From NCBI GenBank assembly GCA_965214835.1, contig CBDCCK010000002.1, positions 2,912,001 to 2,976,000 on the forward strand: a stretch of 64,000 nucleotides of DNA, written 5' to 3'. Below are positions 20,377 to 31,307 of the stretch, piece by piece. The stretch's first letter is position 1, and every line of letters begins with the position of its first letter. The notes under the pieces were generated by a model. The model made no database searches. It was not told where the DNA came from and saw only the letters and a program-made list of their open reading frames with translations. The DNA is from Nitrosopumilaceae archaeon. Its GTDB lineage: Archaea; Thermoproteota; Nitrososphaeria; Nitrososphaerales; Nitrosopumilaceae. The position numbers and the translations under genes are program-made.

Positions 20377-21588
20377 CTACTTTTTGGATGCGCTGACCAG
20401 GGAGATTACGTCCCGATCCCGCAGCTGATAGTCAACGGGCAGGCGCAGTTTGTAGCGAAGATCCTTTGCATGCAGGAGCCCCTTGGTGAGATCAGTGTGG
20501 ATCTCCCCTGCCAGATCCGCAACGGTCGCACCGTCCTTCATCAGGATGAGATCAGGCAGGACGTTGCCCTTTTTGTCCGAGAGCCTGCCTTCGTCGGCCA
20601 CGGGGTAAATCGAGTTCATTTTTAACAGCTTGAATACTGCGACGTTGATGGCAAACTGTACACCGGTCCTCATATACTCGCCCATGATGTCCTTGGTGAT
20701 AAAGTCCAGTGCGCGTCTTTGCCTATCGTTGAGTCCGGCATGGCGTAAAATTTCGAATTGTTCAGAGCCCGGGGAATACTTGATCAGCCCCTTTTGTTCT
20801 GCGCGCCTTAGGCTGAGCTCGCTGTCTGCGCTGGCAGGGACGACGATCATGTCGGCATAGCGCTCGCGCAGGCGGGCAAAGTTCTCGTCTGCGCCCCCAA
20901 CATCTATCTTGTTTGCGACAATCAGCGTGGGCTTGGATGTCCTGCGCAGGTGTGCGGCAAATTTTTTGCTGTCCTCGATGCCAAAGTCGTCAAGTGCCTT
21001 TTCATCCAGGCCGGTGGCACGCAGGGCGTCCCTTACATGGGACTTGCTGACTCCGACGCCCCTGTACAGTTCGGTTATGGCACCCACAAGGTCGTATCCT
21101 GACTGCACAAGCTTTGCAACCTTGTCCCGATTGCCTTCCAAGATTTTGCGGTACCACATGATCAGCTCCTCCTCTATGTCTGCAAAGTCAGAGATGGGAT
21201 CGCCGGTTCCCGCCTCGGAAATTTTGCCGGCCGAATCGATGCCTCCCGAGGCGTCGACTACGTGAAGCAGCGCATCAGACTGCGCTGCAACGGATAAAAA
21301 CCGGTTGCCCAGCCCCTTTCCCTGCCAGGCATCCTTGACTAGGCCGGGCAAGTCGAGCAGTTCGATTGGAATGTATCTCCAGCCATCAACGCACTTTGAG
21401 TTGTCAGGGTTGTCCTGAACCTTGAATTCGGGGTGGACGCAGAGGGTGATGGCGCTTGCAGTAGAGGAGGCCGGCTTTTTTGTGGTAAAGGGATATGTGG
21501 AAATTTCAGACGAGGACAGCGTTGCAGAGTTAAAGAAGGTGGTTTTGCCGGTGTTTGTCTTGCCAATCAAGCCAATCCTAATAGGCAT
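20377..21588 (-). CDS. ychF: YchF/Obg-family translation-associated GTPase with TGS domain
   Basis: GKTNTGKT, YPFTT, DLPG, GLGNRFL, ANKID, IHTDL. Confidence 0.92.
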   Translation of the reverse strand: MPIRIGLIGKTNTGKTTFFNSATLSSSEISTYPFTTKKPASSTASAITLCVHPEFKVQDNPDNSKCVDGWRYIPIELLDLPGLVKDAWQGKGLGNRFLSVAAQSDALLHVVDASGGIDSAGKISEAGTGDPISDFADIEEELIMWYRKILEGNRDKVAKLVQSGYDLVGAITELYRGVGVSKSHVRDALRATGLDEKALDDFGIEDSKKFAAHLRRTSKPTLIVANKIDVGGADENFARLRERYADMIVVPASADSELSLRRAEQKGLIKYSPGSEQFEILRHAGLNDRQRRALDFITKDIMGEYMRTGVQFAINVAVFKLLKMNSIYPVADEGRLSDKKGNVLPDLILMKDGATVADLAGEIHTDLTKGLLHAKDLRYKLRLPVDYQLRDRDVISLVSASKK

Positions 21589-21608
21589 GAAAACAATGCC
21601 GCTTTTTG

Positions 21609-21971
21609 TTATTTATCTTTGCCTGTGATTTTTGTCTCCAGTTTTTTGCAGGCGGCATCCAGCTGGAGGACCGACCATCTGATTTCGTCGATCTCATCGG
21701 CGGTGAGATCATCGTCCCACTTGTCAAGGACGGCAGAGCAGATTTGGTAGCACTGAGACAGCAGGTTCCAATAGGGGTGGTGCTCTGCAGTAGCCAGGGA
21801 CAGCTCTGCCACATCAGACAGTCCGTTTTTTGCCCTAGAAAGGGAGGTGAGGCGTTCCCCAAAGATCTTAACGGTGTCCGAATCCAGGTCGGTCTCTACC
21901 TTTAGCTTGACGTCGCCGAATTTTGTGATCAAAAGCTCCAGCTCTTTGTAAAACTTGGAAAAATCACCCAT
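21609..21971 (-). CDS. Hypothetical protein
   Basis: 120-aa ORF tightly coupled between the CoA-binding gene and ychF. Confidence 0.8.
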   Translation of the reverse strand: MGDFSKFYKELELLITKFGDVKLKVETDLDSDTVKIFGERLTSLSRAKNGLSDVAELSLATAEHHPYWNLLSQCYQICSAVLDKWDDDLTADEIDEIRWSVLQLDAACKKLETKITGKDK

Positions 21972-22382
21972 CTAAAACAGCCTCCGACGCTCTGCTAGCA
22001 TGCACCGGTTAAAGACAACATCAACCCCTGCACCCTTGGCCAGATCCTCGGCCTCTGAATTATGAATCCCCTCTTGCAGCCAGATTACCCCGGGCCTCAT
22101 CTTGATGGCGTTTTCAACTATGGGCAAAACATCCCCGGATGGCCTAAACACGCTGACAATGTCAGCCTCGCCCTTTACTTTGGCCACGTCAGGATAGCAC
22201 CTTCTGCCAAGTATTTCATCGGCAGTGGGGTTTACCGGGGTTATGTCATACCCGTTTTCAGACAGGTATTTTGGAACGTAATGCGCTGCCTTGCCGGGGT
22301 TCCTTGACATGCCTACAACGACGACTCTCCTCATCGACAAGATAGATCGGATCTGCTCGTCGGTGTGCGCATCTTGCTCCAC
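21972..22382 (-). CDS. CoA-binding protein (YccU-like)
   Basis: VVGMSRNPGK, PVNP, VFRPS, IWLQEG, VVFNRCM; start trimmed to GTG at 22382. Confidence 0.88.
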   Translation of the reverse strand: MEQDAHTDEQIRSILSMRRVVVVGMSRNPGKAAHYVPKYLSENGYDITPVNPTADEILGRRCYPDVAKVKGEADIVSVFRPSGDVLPIVENAIKMRPGVIWLQEGIHNSEAEDLAKGAGVDVVFNRCMLAERRRLF

Positions 22383-22449
22383 GCAGTAACCCAGGCAAGG
22401 AAGTATAAATTTCATAAAATATTTTAGGCGCCAGTTGCAAGATGATACC

Positions 22450-22983
22450 ATGAGATACGATCCCAAGCAGATCATGGTTCTAGGCGCGATCCAAGGAGGC
22501 GCCAAGAAATTTGACAATATTAGGAAGATTACAAATCTAGATCCCAAGGAACTAAACTCCATCCTAGAGGAGCTAGACAAGAGGGGGCTGATCCGGGTGG
22601 AGGAGAGGAAGAGCTTTTTTGGAAGAAAGGTCGAGATAACAAACACAGAGAGTGGCACAGGGGAGCTTGAAAACAGCATCGGTGAGATGGAGGCAAAGTG
22701 GGGAGAGATGAAAACACTGTACCAGATGCAGGACAAAAAGAGGCTCCGGGGCTTTATGGATGACAATAGATCGTTTTTTCCGATGATGATGTTCTTTGGA
22801 GTCATGGATATGATGATGTTCAGCATGATGTTTGGCATGATTGGATCCACGATGAGCAGCTATGTTCCAGCCGAAGACATGCCGGCAGGAGCCGAGGATC
22901 CGGGAGCCGCAGGGGAGGCGGGCCAGGACTACAGTGATCCGGGCCTGGATGACGGCGGTCTTGACTTTGATCTAGGATTTTAA
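22450..22983 (+). CDS. Winged-helix domain protein with Met-rich hydrophobic and acidic tail
   Basis: KKFDNIRKIT...ELNSILEELDKRGLI wHTH pattern. Confidence 0.75.
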   Translation: MRYDPKQIMVLGAIQGGAKKFDNIRKITNLDPKELNSILEELDKRGLIRVEERKSFFGRKVEITNTESGTGELENSIGEMEAKWGEMKTLYQMQDKKRLRGFMDDNRSFFPMMMFFGVMDMMMFSMMFGMIGSTMSSYVPAEDMPAGAEDPGAAGEAGQDYSDPGLDDGGLDFDLGF

Positions 22984-23133
22984 GCAAAGTGCATCGATGG
23001 CAATCCCATAACAAAGGAACAAGCACTCAAGACACAGCCATGGTTGCCCGGCTGCAGATGCGCCCAAGAGGAAGGGCCGGGACGTTCTGCAGGCAGGGAG
23101 GAAAATTACATAACACCGGCAAGCAAACCGAGA

Positions 23134-24141
23134 ATGATGTTTTACAACTCTTATGACAACATAGGACTAGTCAGGGTATTGTCGTTTTTAAAATCACACC
23201 ACACAGAATATTTGTCTGGACAGGATCTCAGCGACGTGTTAAAAATCAGCAGGGCTGCCGTCTGGAAGCATATCAAAACAATCAGGAGGCTTGGATACAA
23301 GGTGGAGGCAAGGAGGAGGCTGGGATACCAGCTTGTGGGGGATACGGACAGGCTGCTTCCCTGGGAGGTAGTTGCTGGACTGGATACAAGACGAATCGGC
23401 AAAAAGGCATACTACTTTGACGAGGTCGAGTCTACGCAAGACTATGCAGTAAGGCTGGCAAGATCAAAGGGCGAGGAGGGCTCGGTGGTGATTGCCGAGA
23501 GGCAGACGCACGGAAGGGGAAGGCTGCAGAGGAGGTGGGAATCCCCCGACGGCGGAATCTGGATGTCCGTCATTTTAAGGCCAAGGCTGGACGCAGATGC
23601 CCTGCCCTTGGTCTCAATGGCGGCAGGAGTAGCACTGGCAGACGCAATAGAGACCTCGGCAGGCATCAAGCCGAAGCTAAAGTGGCCAAACGACGTTGTG
23701 ATTGATTCAAAAAAGGTGGCAGGCATCATAGCGGATGCATCAATCGAGTCAAACCGCCAAGAGTACATCGTAGTCGGGACAGGAATCAACTTTGATGTAG
23801 ACTCTGAAAGGATGGAGGGGCTCCTGGGGGGGACTCCGAATTCCTACGGCGTGACGTCAATTGTGCAAAACAGCAAAAGTGCAACAAGGCTAAGGCTGAT
23901 CCAAGAGATCCTCAAAGAATTGGAGGAATGCATCGGCCTGCTAGAGGCTGGGAGGACGGACGCAGTCATCAAAGACTGGATGCGGCATTCTAGCACGATT
24001 GGGAGAAAAGTGACCGCGCTGGCAGGAGGGGTGAGGATTACGGGCGTGGCCGAGAGGATAGACGTGGACGGGGCGCTGATAATCAGGACGCCCGGGGGAA
24101 CACAAAGGGTGCTTGCCGATGACGTCGCCCACCTAAGATGA
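23134..24141 (+). CDS. birA: Bifunctional biotin-protein ligase with N-terminal HTH
   Basis: ISRAAVWKHI HTH, AERQTHGRGRLQRRW, KWPND, KKVAGI. Confidence 0.93.
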   Translation: MMFYNSYDNIGLVRVLSFLKSHHTEYLSGQDLSDVLKISRAAVWKHIKTIRRLGYKVEARRRLGYQLVGDTDRLLPWEVVAGLDTRRIGKKAYYFDEVESTQDYAVRLARSKGEEGSVVIAERQTHGRGRLQRRWESPDGGIWMSVILRPRLDADALPLVSMAAGVALADAIETSAGIKPKLKWPNDVVIDSKKVAGIIADASIESNRQEYIVVGTGINFDVDSERMEGLLGGTPNSYGVTSIVQNSKSATRLRLIQEILKELEECIGLLEAGRTDAVIKDWMRHSSTIGRKVTALAGGVRITGVAERIDVDGALIIRTPGGTQRVLADDVAHLR

Positions 24142-24459
24142 CCTTCTGCCGGCCTTCCGCCCGGCCTTCCGCCTGGATCCGGCCTGCGGTTTGTCGGGGA
24201 TCAGCCGGCTTTGATCATGCAGGACGCCTTTGAGCTCGTCTTGAATCTCAAGGACCGACTTTAGCAGGGACTCAAGGCTTGTAACGTATTCCTCATAGCG
24301 CGATAGCAGCTCAGTCTTTGACGAGTCAGACCTTTGAAGGTGCTCGTTTTGTCTCAACAGGTTCGCAGACTCGATCATCTCAGGCATGTCAGGGGGCATG
24401 GGTCCCATGGAGGCAATCTCGGACCTAAGCTGCTCTATGCGGTTCCTCAGCTCGGCCAT
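24133..24459 (-). CDS. Coiled-coil hypothetical protein
   Basis: MAELRNRIEQLRSEI... heptad pattern. Confidence 0.7.
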   Translation of the reverse strand: MAELRNRIEQLRSEIASMGPMPPDMPEMIESANLLRQNEHLQRSDSSKTELLSRYEEYVTSLESLLKSVLEIQDELKGVLHDQSRLIPDKPQAGSRRKAGRKAGRRSS

Positions 24460-24593
24460 TTGGCGGCCCGCCCCTAATCCACTCACGGTGTTTTTTGACA
24501 AAATCCATTGTTAAAGCTTTTTCTGCCGGACAGACGCGTGGCACGGCAAAGGGTGAAAGTATGTCTAAATACGGAATTTGTGGAGATTATCCA

Positions 24594-26009
24594 ATGAAGG
24601 TGAGGGCCCTGTTCATAGCGGTGGTTTTTGCCATCGGCGGCATTTCTGCAGCCCAGGGGAATCCGGCAGACGGCGCAGAAAGGCTGTTTGATGAGGCAGC
24701 AGTGCACTTTATGGAGGGGGAGTACCAGCATGCAGTCTCAATTTATGACGACATCCTGGAGGCGCTGCCAGGCAATGTCGCCACGCTGAAAATGAAGGGG
24801 GTCGCTCAAAGCAACCTGGGACACCATGAAAAGTCGCTGGAGCAGTTCTTCCAAATCCTGCAGCAGGATCCAGATGATCCCCACGCGCTGGCCGGGATGG
24901 GGGTGGGCTTTGGCTACCTAGGCGAGTACCACGAGGCAAAAAAATACTTTGAAAGGGCGGCAAGGATAAGCCCAGAGAGCACGACCATACAAAACTACAA
25001 CGAATACATCTCCAAGGTCATATCAAAATACCCGTACACGCCGACTGAAAAACCAGCGCGGCTACTAGAGCAGGAGACTGCCACGCATATTCCCAGCTGG
25101 GTCAAGGGTACCACACTGGCTTGGACTGCAGGGATGCTCGGCGACAGGGAGTTTTTTAACGCAATCGAGTTCCTGATTGAGCGCGGGGTGATTCGAACTT
25201 CAGCTACAAGCTCACAGGCGGTGCAGGGCGTTCCCCCCTGGGTTCGGGAAGGCGCAAGTGCGTGGGTCGAGGGCACCACAGATGGCAGGACATTTGCGAC
25301 CGGGATAGAAACTCTAGTCAAAAACGGAGTGATCTTGGTGGAGCGTGCAGTGGAGGAGAAAACCCAGGAGGAGCTGGACTCGGAGCTGCTTTACTTCAAG
25401 CAGTACCTGCGGAGGATTTCAAGCGATATTGCGCAGGAGAGGCGATACATAGAGTTTCCAAACCCCAGCCAGGATGTGATTAAAAAGTTCATGCGGGACT
25501 ATGTAAAGTGGAACTTTGAGGAGGAGGCAAAAAAGGCGTCCTCAAAATTTCCCGATCCCACATATAGCATCATAGACGACGTGGTGGTTCTAAGATACAA
25601 GATTTACGTCAACGAGCAGCCGACTGGGCTGCCCCTGGATCACGCAGGCACCCTGATGGAGTCGATAGAATACTGGGAGTCAGAAGGGCTTAGCACCGGC
25701 GGCAAGAAGCTCAGGGTAGAGTTTGAGTACACAGGCTTCAAGCACGAGGCAAACGTGTGGGTGACATGGGTAGTCAGGAACATCGGTGAGGGGGTACTGG
25801 GACACGCGCATTTGGGAAAGGGGATAGTGGAGGTTGCGCTTGGGGATTACAACTGCGACGGAAGCTTTCAGCTCTATGACGTGGACTCGGTGGAGCAGAT
25901 CATGAGGCACGAGTTAGGACACAGTATAGGGCTACGGCACGTCGATGACCAGCACAGCATAATGTATCCGTACTACAAGCCAGGCTACGCCTACTGCCTG
26001 CTGGGATGA
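24594..26009 (+). CDS. Secreted TPR-repeat matrixin (M10-like) zinc metallopeptidase
   Basis: Signal peptide, TPRs, two IPxWVK domains, HELGHSIGLRH and SIMYP Met-turn. Confidence 0.88.
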   Translation: MKVRALFIAVVFAIGGISAAQGNPADGAERLFDEAAVHFMEGEYQHAVSIYDDILEALPGNVATLKMKGVAQSNLGHHEKSLEQFFQILQQDPDDPHALAGMGVGFGYLGEYHEAKKYFERAARISPESTTIQNYNEYISKVISKYPYTPTEKPARLLEQETATHIPSWVKGTTLAWTAGMLGDREFFNAIEFLIERGVIRTSATSSQAVQGVPPWVREGASAWVEGTTDGRTFATGIETLVKNGVILVERAVEEKTQEELDSELLYFKQYLRRISSDIAQERRYIEFPNPSQDVIKKFMRDYVKWNFEEEAKKASSKFPDPTYSIIDDVVVLRYKIYVNEQPTGLPLDHAGTLMESIEYWESEGLSTGGKKLRVEFEYTGFKHEANVWVTWVVRNIGEGVLGHAHLGKGIVEVALGDYNCDGSFQLYDVDSVEQIMRHELGHSIGLRHVDDQHSIMYPYYKPGYAYCLLG

Positions 26010-26118
26010 CATTCTAATTATATAAAATGAGAACGATTAGCTTGACCTACACACAAATCACCCCAAGAATAATTGTAAAAGGATAATAAAGGAAATTGCC
26101 CATACACTATAACAGATT

Positions 26119-27027
26119 ATGAGTTCGGTATCAGAGCATCGATGCCCGTCTTGCGGTAAGAAGAAGATGGTCACCGATGACAATTCAGGGGAGGTGTTTT
26201 GCGCCAATTGCGGCTTTGTAATCACAGACAAGATCGAGGACATGGGTGCAGAGTGGCGCTCCTTCTCAAGTGACGAGACCAACCGTACACGCGTAGGCGC
26301 GGGAACATCGCTGACCATGCACGACATGGGGCTATCGACGATTATCGGCCAGGCAAACAAGGACTCTACGGGCAAGCCGCTGTCTGCAAGCGTAAAAAGC
26401 TCCATTGAGAGGCTCAGGACGTGGGACAGCAGGACGCAGGCACACTCGTCGGCGGACAGGAACCTGCGCCAGGCCTTAAACGAGATGGACAAGCTAAAGG
26501 ACAAGCTGGGCCTGACAGACGCGGTAATCGAAAAGGCAGCCTACATATACAGAAAGGCCATGGAGAAAAAGCTTGTCAGGGGCCGCTCGATTCAGGGGCT
26601 GGTGGCAGCATGCCTTTATGCATCATGCAGGAATACAGAGACGCCCAGAACGCTCGATGACATTGCAAATGGGATCAACATCAGAAGAAAGGACGTCGCA
26701 AGGTGCTACAGGCTGATTTTCAGAGAGCTGGAACTGAAGATGCCCGTAGTAGACCCCGTAAAGGGCGTATCAAGGATAGCAAGCATTGCGGAGTTAAGCG
26801 AGAAAAGCAAGCGGAAGGCAATCTCAATCCTGAACAAGGCCAAAGACATCGGAATCGTGGCAGGAAAGGATCCCATGGGGATTGCGGCCGCCGCGCTGTA
26901 CCTTGCATGCATCAGCACGGGGGAGGTAAAGTCCCAAAAGGACATCTCGATAGCGTCAGGGGTGACCGAGGTTACGATTAGAAACAGGTGCGCGGGGCTG
27001 CGCAAGATCATCCAGGACCAGGACTAG
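26119..27027 (+). CDS. tfb: Transcription initiation factor IIB
   Basis: CPSC...CANCG Zn ribbon, EWRSF B-reader, two cyclin repeats, VTEVTIRNR. Confidence 0.96.
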   Translation: MSSVSEHRCPSCGKKKMVTDDNSGEVFCANCGFVITDKIEDMGAEWRSFSSDETNRTRVGAGTSLTMHDMGLSTIIGQANKDSTGKPLSASVKSSIERLRTWDSRTQAHSSADRNLRQALNEMDKLKDKLGLTDAVIEKAAYIYRKAMEKKLVRGRSIQGLVAACLYASCRNTETPRTLDDIANGINIRRKDVARCYRLIFRELELKMPVVDPVKGVSRIASIAELSEKSKRKAISILNKAKDIGIVAGKDPMGIAAAALYLACISTGEVKSQKDISIASGVTEVTIRNRCAGLRKIIQDQD

Positions 27028-27578
27028 CCGAGCTCTCCAGCCGTGCTGCCGCGCCTGGCAGTGACCACAAAGATTCCAACCGTGATTCCAGACTGGTATC
27101 CTGCATACATGACCACCTCAAACAGCTCGGGAACATAGTCTGTGAAGCGGCTCAGGGCCGCCACAGTCATCATAACCACACCCAGTGAAAAAATGAAATA
27201 CCTTGCGATGCTTGGCAGCTCCGCATGACGGAACACCAGTACTAGCGAGACCGAGACGAACAGCGCAAGGACTGCGCCAAACCCGGTGTGCAGTCCGAGT
27301 GCCATAATCACAAAATCAACTCCCTGGTCTACGGTCTGCGGAAACGCCACGTCGGAGATCGGGATCTTGTCAGGATTTGCAAACCTTAGGGTGTTTGCAA
27401 CCGCATTTGCAGAAAACAGGGCCAGCAGGACTGCAGAGGCAATGCGCGCATGAGTCCTCAGCCTCGGAAACCGGCGCCTGATCCCCCTGCCAAGGATTGC
27501 GCCCTGGACTGTGCCTATCCCCAGGACTATTACCATGCTGGCAAGAAGGTTCTCCTCGGCAGCCTGGAGTATGTCCAT
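27024..27578 (-). CDS. Integral membrane protein
   Basis: About five hydrophobic helices. Confidence 0.75.
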   Translation of the reverse strand: MDILQAAEENLLASMVIVLGIGTVQGAILGRGIRRRFPRLRTHARIASAVLLALFSANAVANTLRFANPDKIPISDVAFPQTVDQGVDFVIMALGLHTGFGAVLALFVSVSLVLVFRHAELPSIARYFIFSLGVVMMTVAALSRFTDYVPELFEVVMYAGYQSGITVGIFVVTARRGSTAGELG

Positions 27579-27970
27579 GCAAAGCTGAATCCGGCGGATC
27601 ATAAATTAGTGTTGAAGCCCAAGTAGCTGTACAGCAGGCCATGGAAGCGGCGGGATCCAGTGATTTGCTCTGGTCTCGGCGGGATCCGACGGAGGATCAG
27701 ACAGTACGCGATCCCAGCACGCCGCCAGCAGAGGCGAGCGCGTCTCCTCGCTTTTGCAGGCAGCCACTGTAGTCAACTCATAAAAAAGTGGATAGTTTTG
27801 ACAATTGCTTTTGGCCCAAGGGTCTAGAATCAGGCAAACCGCACGCGCATGCATGGAAAAACAGACAGAATTCGCGACATCAGGGGGCAGATTCCTGCCA
27901 GGCAAGGCACCCATGCCTTTGCAAGGCGTACCAGACCGGCAAAAGGGAACACGGCAGGCCGCCGTTGCAG

Positions 27971-28920
27971 TCAGCCCGTCAGGTATCGGAACATCCTTAC
28001 CGGAAGGATCTCGCGCCTGGCAGACAGCCTTCGCACGGACCGCTCCATGTCATCAAGAGTATCAAATATCCGGGCAGACAGCCTTCGCTTTATCTTCCTG
28101 TACCGTATCTCGACGGGGTTGAGCTCCGGCGTGTACGGCAGTGTGTACTCTAGCAGTATCTCACCGTCGTACTTTTCCAGCGTCTCTTTCACGCCGCCGG
28201 ACTTGTGGTATGACGCATTGTCCAGGAATATCAGCACCTTGCCGTATCTTTCGTGCACCCTTTCTAAAAAGTCGCAAAAGCTGCCGCCGTTGGCCTTATA
28301 GAACATAAAGTGAAATATGCCTGCTGCCAGTACGGTAAATCCCCCTGCCGTCTTTTCCCTGATCAGATTCTGTGCTGCCTCCTTGAACTCGTTTTGCTTG
28401 TGTTTTGAGGCGGCCTTTGGGTTCTTTGGCCTTGATTTCTTCCAAGCGAACCCAAGCTCGTGTGCCAGCAGCCGCGTGCCGCTACTGCTGTACTGCACGC
28501 CGAATTTTTTCTTGATGTGCCGCCTCATCAGGCGCGAGTCCCACAGGCTGCCCTCAAAGCCGCAGTCCCCGGGACCCGGCTTGAGATCCTCGTCAAGCTG
28601 GCTCAGCTGCGACTCGCTCAGCTTGTGCTTGCGTCCCCTGCCTGCGCGCTCGTGTCTTGCGCGCATTCCCTCATCCTGTGCGCGGTTGAGCCACCGGGAT
28701 ATGGTGGAAGTTGCCCGGTCGAGGCTCCTTGCTATCTGTTCCGTACCAAGGCCGTCCTTGCGCTGCATGTATGCAAGCAGCCCGTCGCGTTCTCTCTTGT
28801 CAGCTGCCTTCTTGTACGCCTCGTGCAGGTAGGAGCGCCTCGTGTTTGGCAGGAACTCGTCTCCCGATGCCACGGATTCCTTTCTCTTTCTGTCTATGCA
28901 TATGCGTATGCCTTGCCCGG
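27971..28920 (-). pseudogene. IS630-family transposase with internal deletion
   Basis: HTH (TISRWL), WKKSRPK, LDNASYHK, LPYTPELNPVE. The first catalytic Asp region is missing (TVLAA joined to GIFHFMFY). Confidence 0.82.
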
Positions 28921-29232
28921 TCTTAACCTTTGGATTAAAAATAGTTGCCAAAGTTGTCCGTTTTTTTATGTGTTGACTATGCAGCTCCTTTTGGTCTAGG
29001 CCCCGCCGACTTGGCTTGCCACCGGGCGGAGTCTCAAACGCTGGTGGCCACGGCCGGCTCACGGCTAGTACGCACACCAAAAAATCAACCGTGGTTTTGA
29101 CACATCATGCCTGTTTTGATAAAAAACGATAGATTCTCGACTGTACGCACTACAAGGGGGGCTTTGCGGCACCTTCCCTGAAGGCAGCCAGGACAGCGAT
29201 CTATTTATTGAGATCCGCTACGGGGGTATAGT

Positions 29233-29820
29233 ATGCCTGAGGAGGCCAATCAGAGCATGGGCGAGTACTATAGGCACATGTCGGTGTTTTGGAGCGACCT
29301 GATACACCTGATGTCAAGCAAGCCACAGGCCCTGACGTCGGTGGGCCCGATGAGAAACTTTGCAGCCAATGCAAAAAAGATCACCGGAGAGCTTCGGGGG
29401 GCAGGCGAGGATCTGGCAGAGTTCAACAAGTCGCTGATGGAGTACTATAGGCAGCTAGTCGAGACATGGAACGAGGCGCAAAAAAAGGTGGACCTCAAGG
29501 CACCCAGCATTCCAAAGGACGCAGAGCAGTTTGAGGCGTACAAAAGGATCTGGATTGATATTTTCGACAATGACTTTACAGAGCTGTTTGACTCAAAGAG
29601 GTTCGGGGAGAATTACGGCACGCTGATTGCCAAGGAGTTGGAGCTGACAAAGCACTGGAACAACATCATGAATGTAATGTTGCAGTCTGCCAACCTGCCA
29701 AACAAGCAGGAGGTAGACGAGGTCTACAGGGAGCTGCACTCGCTAAGAAAGAGGGTCTCAAGGCTGGAGGCGCAAAGCAGGAAGAGGGGAGGACGGAATG
29801 CAAAACCAGGCAGACAGTAA
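29233..29820 (+). CDS. phaE: Class III PHA synthase subunit PhaE
   Basis: WIDIFDNDFTELF...NLPNKQEVDEVYRELHSLRKRV; overlaps phaC. Confidence 0.88.
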   Translation: MPEEANQSMGEYYRHMSVFWSDLIHLMSSKPQALTSVGPMRNFAANAKKITGELRGAGEDLAEFNKSLMEYYRQLVETWNEAQKKVDLKAPSIPKDAEQFEAYKRIWIDIFDNDFTELFDSKRFGENYGTLIAKELELTKHWNNIMNVMLQSANLPNKQEVDEVYRELHSLRKRVSRLEAQSRKRGGRNAKPGRQ

Positions 29821-30856
29821 GATAGCAGAGGAGATCCTAAAGTTTTCAAACAATGTGGCGCGGGCCCCCAGCCATGTTTTGTCACCGGACGAAATCATCT
29901 TGGAGACGACCGAGCACGAGGTCGCATACGAGGAGGACAAGGTCAGACTGCTACACTACAAGCCGCTGACAGAAAAGCAGGTCAGCATCCCGATCGTAAT
30001 CGCCTATGCAATCATCAACAGGTACCACATACTGGACATCCAGCACGAGAAAAGCTGGGTTCGAAACCTCCTAGGGCAGGGATTTGACGTGTACATGGTA
30101 GACTGGGGAATGCCGACCAACATGGACAAGTACCTTGACTTTGACGACTATGTCAACGGGTATCTTCACAACTGCATAGAGTTTGCAAAAAACGAGTCAG
30201 GCTCCGAGCATGCGACGCTGCAGGGGTACTGCACCGGCGGAACCATCGCCGCAGCATATGCGGCGCTGCATCCAGAAAACATCAAGAACCTGGTTGTGAC
30301 GGCGCCCGTAATCGATGGCTGGAGGGATACGACGGTGGTCAGCAACCTTGTAAGACACATAGATGTAGACAGCATGGTGGAGACCATCGGCAACATGCCG
30401 CCGGAGTTCATGTACTATTGCTTTTCCATCCTAAAGCCGTTCGAGCAGGGAATTGAAAAGTACATCAGACTGTTTAACAACATAGACAACAAGAGGTTTG
30501 TGGATAGCTTTATGAGGGTGGAAAAATGGCTGGCAGAGACCCCGCCAATCCCCGGGGAGCTGTTCCGGCAGTGGATAAAGGACATCTACCAGGAGAACCT
30601 GCTGGTCCAGGACAAGATGTACGTGGGAGGAAGGCACGTATCCCTGAAGAACATAACAATGCCGATATTCACACAGGTGGCAGTGGGGGATCACCTCGTT
30701 TCGCCAGAATGCAGCATGCCGATTCACTATGCAGTCCAAAGCGAGGACAAGACCATGAGAATCTATCCCACGGGGCATGTGGGCATGATTGCAAGCTCGT
30801 TTTCACAAAGAACGGTTTTGCCCGAATTGGGCGACTGGTTGAAGGAAAGATCATAA
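29798..30856 (+). CDS. phaC: Class III PHA synthase subunit PhaC
   Basis: YAIINRYHILD, VDWG, GYCTGG lipase box, GDHLV, TGHVG. Confidence 0.95.
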   Translation: MQNQADSKIAEEILKFSNNVARAPSHVLSPDEIILETTEHEVAYEEDKVRLLHYKPLTEKQVSIPIVIAYAIINRYHILDIQHEKSWVRNLLGQGFDVYMVDWGMPTNMDKYLDFDDYVNGYLHNCIEFAKNESGSEHATLQGYCTGGTIAAAYAALHPENIKNLVVTAPVIDGWRDTTVVSNLVRHIDVDSMVETIGNMPPEFMYYCFSILKPFEQGIEKYIRLFNNIDNKRFVDSFMRVEKWLAETPPIPGELFRQWIKDIYQENLLVQDKMYVGGRHVSLKNITMPIFTQVAVGDHLVSPECSMPIHYAVQSEDKTMRIYPTGHVGMIASSFSQRTVLPELGDWLKERS

Positions 30857-30881
30857 AAAAGAAGGATGGACCTGGGGTCTC

Positions 30882-31307
30882 CTAGTTGGTTCTCGGTGTA
30901 AATGCCGAAATCCAGGACTGTAGTATGTTTCTGTTCAGATCAGCAAATGACTTTGCATTGTCATTGAATGTCTTGATGTTCTGCTGTGTCGCATCTATTG
31001 CTGCCAATACCAGCTGGTTTTGAATTCCAGTGGCCTTTACAAACTCAGCAGAGGAGTCCCTGACGATTTTTGCTGCCGCCTCTGGGACCACAGTGTTGAC
31101 GCCGGACTTTCTTGCAAGTTCCTTTTGCAGCGTAACCGAAGAGGTTACAAGGTTCTCACATGCCTGCAGGTACTCTTGCTGCACGTTGGTAATTGATTGA
31201 TGGTACTGCGGAACAGACTGCCTCACCGCGTTGAAGAGCTTGTCAAAGCCCTGCTGGTATACAGAAAAGATATCCCTTGGATTTGCTTGTTGCTCGTTTT
31301 TACTCAT
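30882..31307 (-). CDS. phaP: Probable phasin (PHA granule protein)
   Basis: Amphipathic Q/N-rich helical protein next to phaEC; start at MSKNEQ. Confidence 0.6.
   Translation of the reverse strand: MSKNEQQANPRDIFSVYQQGFDKLFNAVRQSVPQYHQSITNVQQEYLQACENLVTSSVTLQKELARKSGVNTVVPEAAAKIVRDSSAEFVKATGIQNQLVLAAIDATQQNIKTFNDNAKSFADLNRNILQSWISAFTPRTN

Noticed and set aside
22383-22850. N-terminal extension of the CoA-binding ORF (also those of atpF, birA, phasin and hemL)
   Set aside because: Extensions overlap other genes or promoters; family motifs begin at downstream starts.
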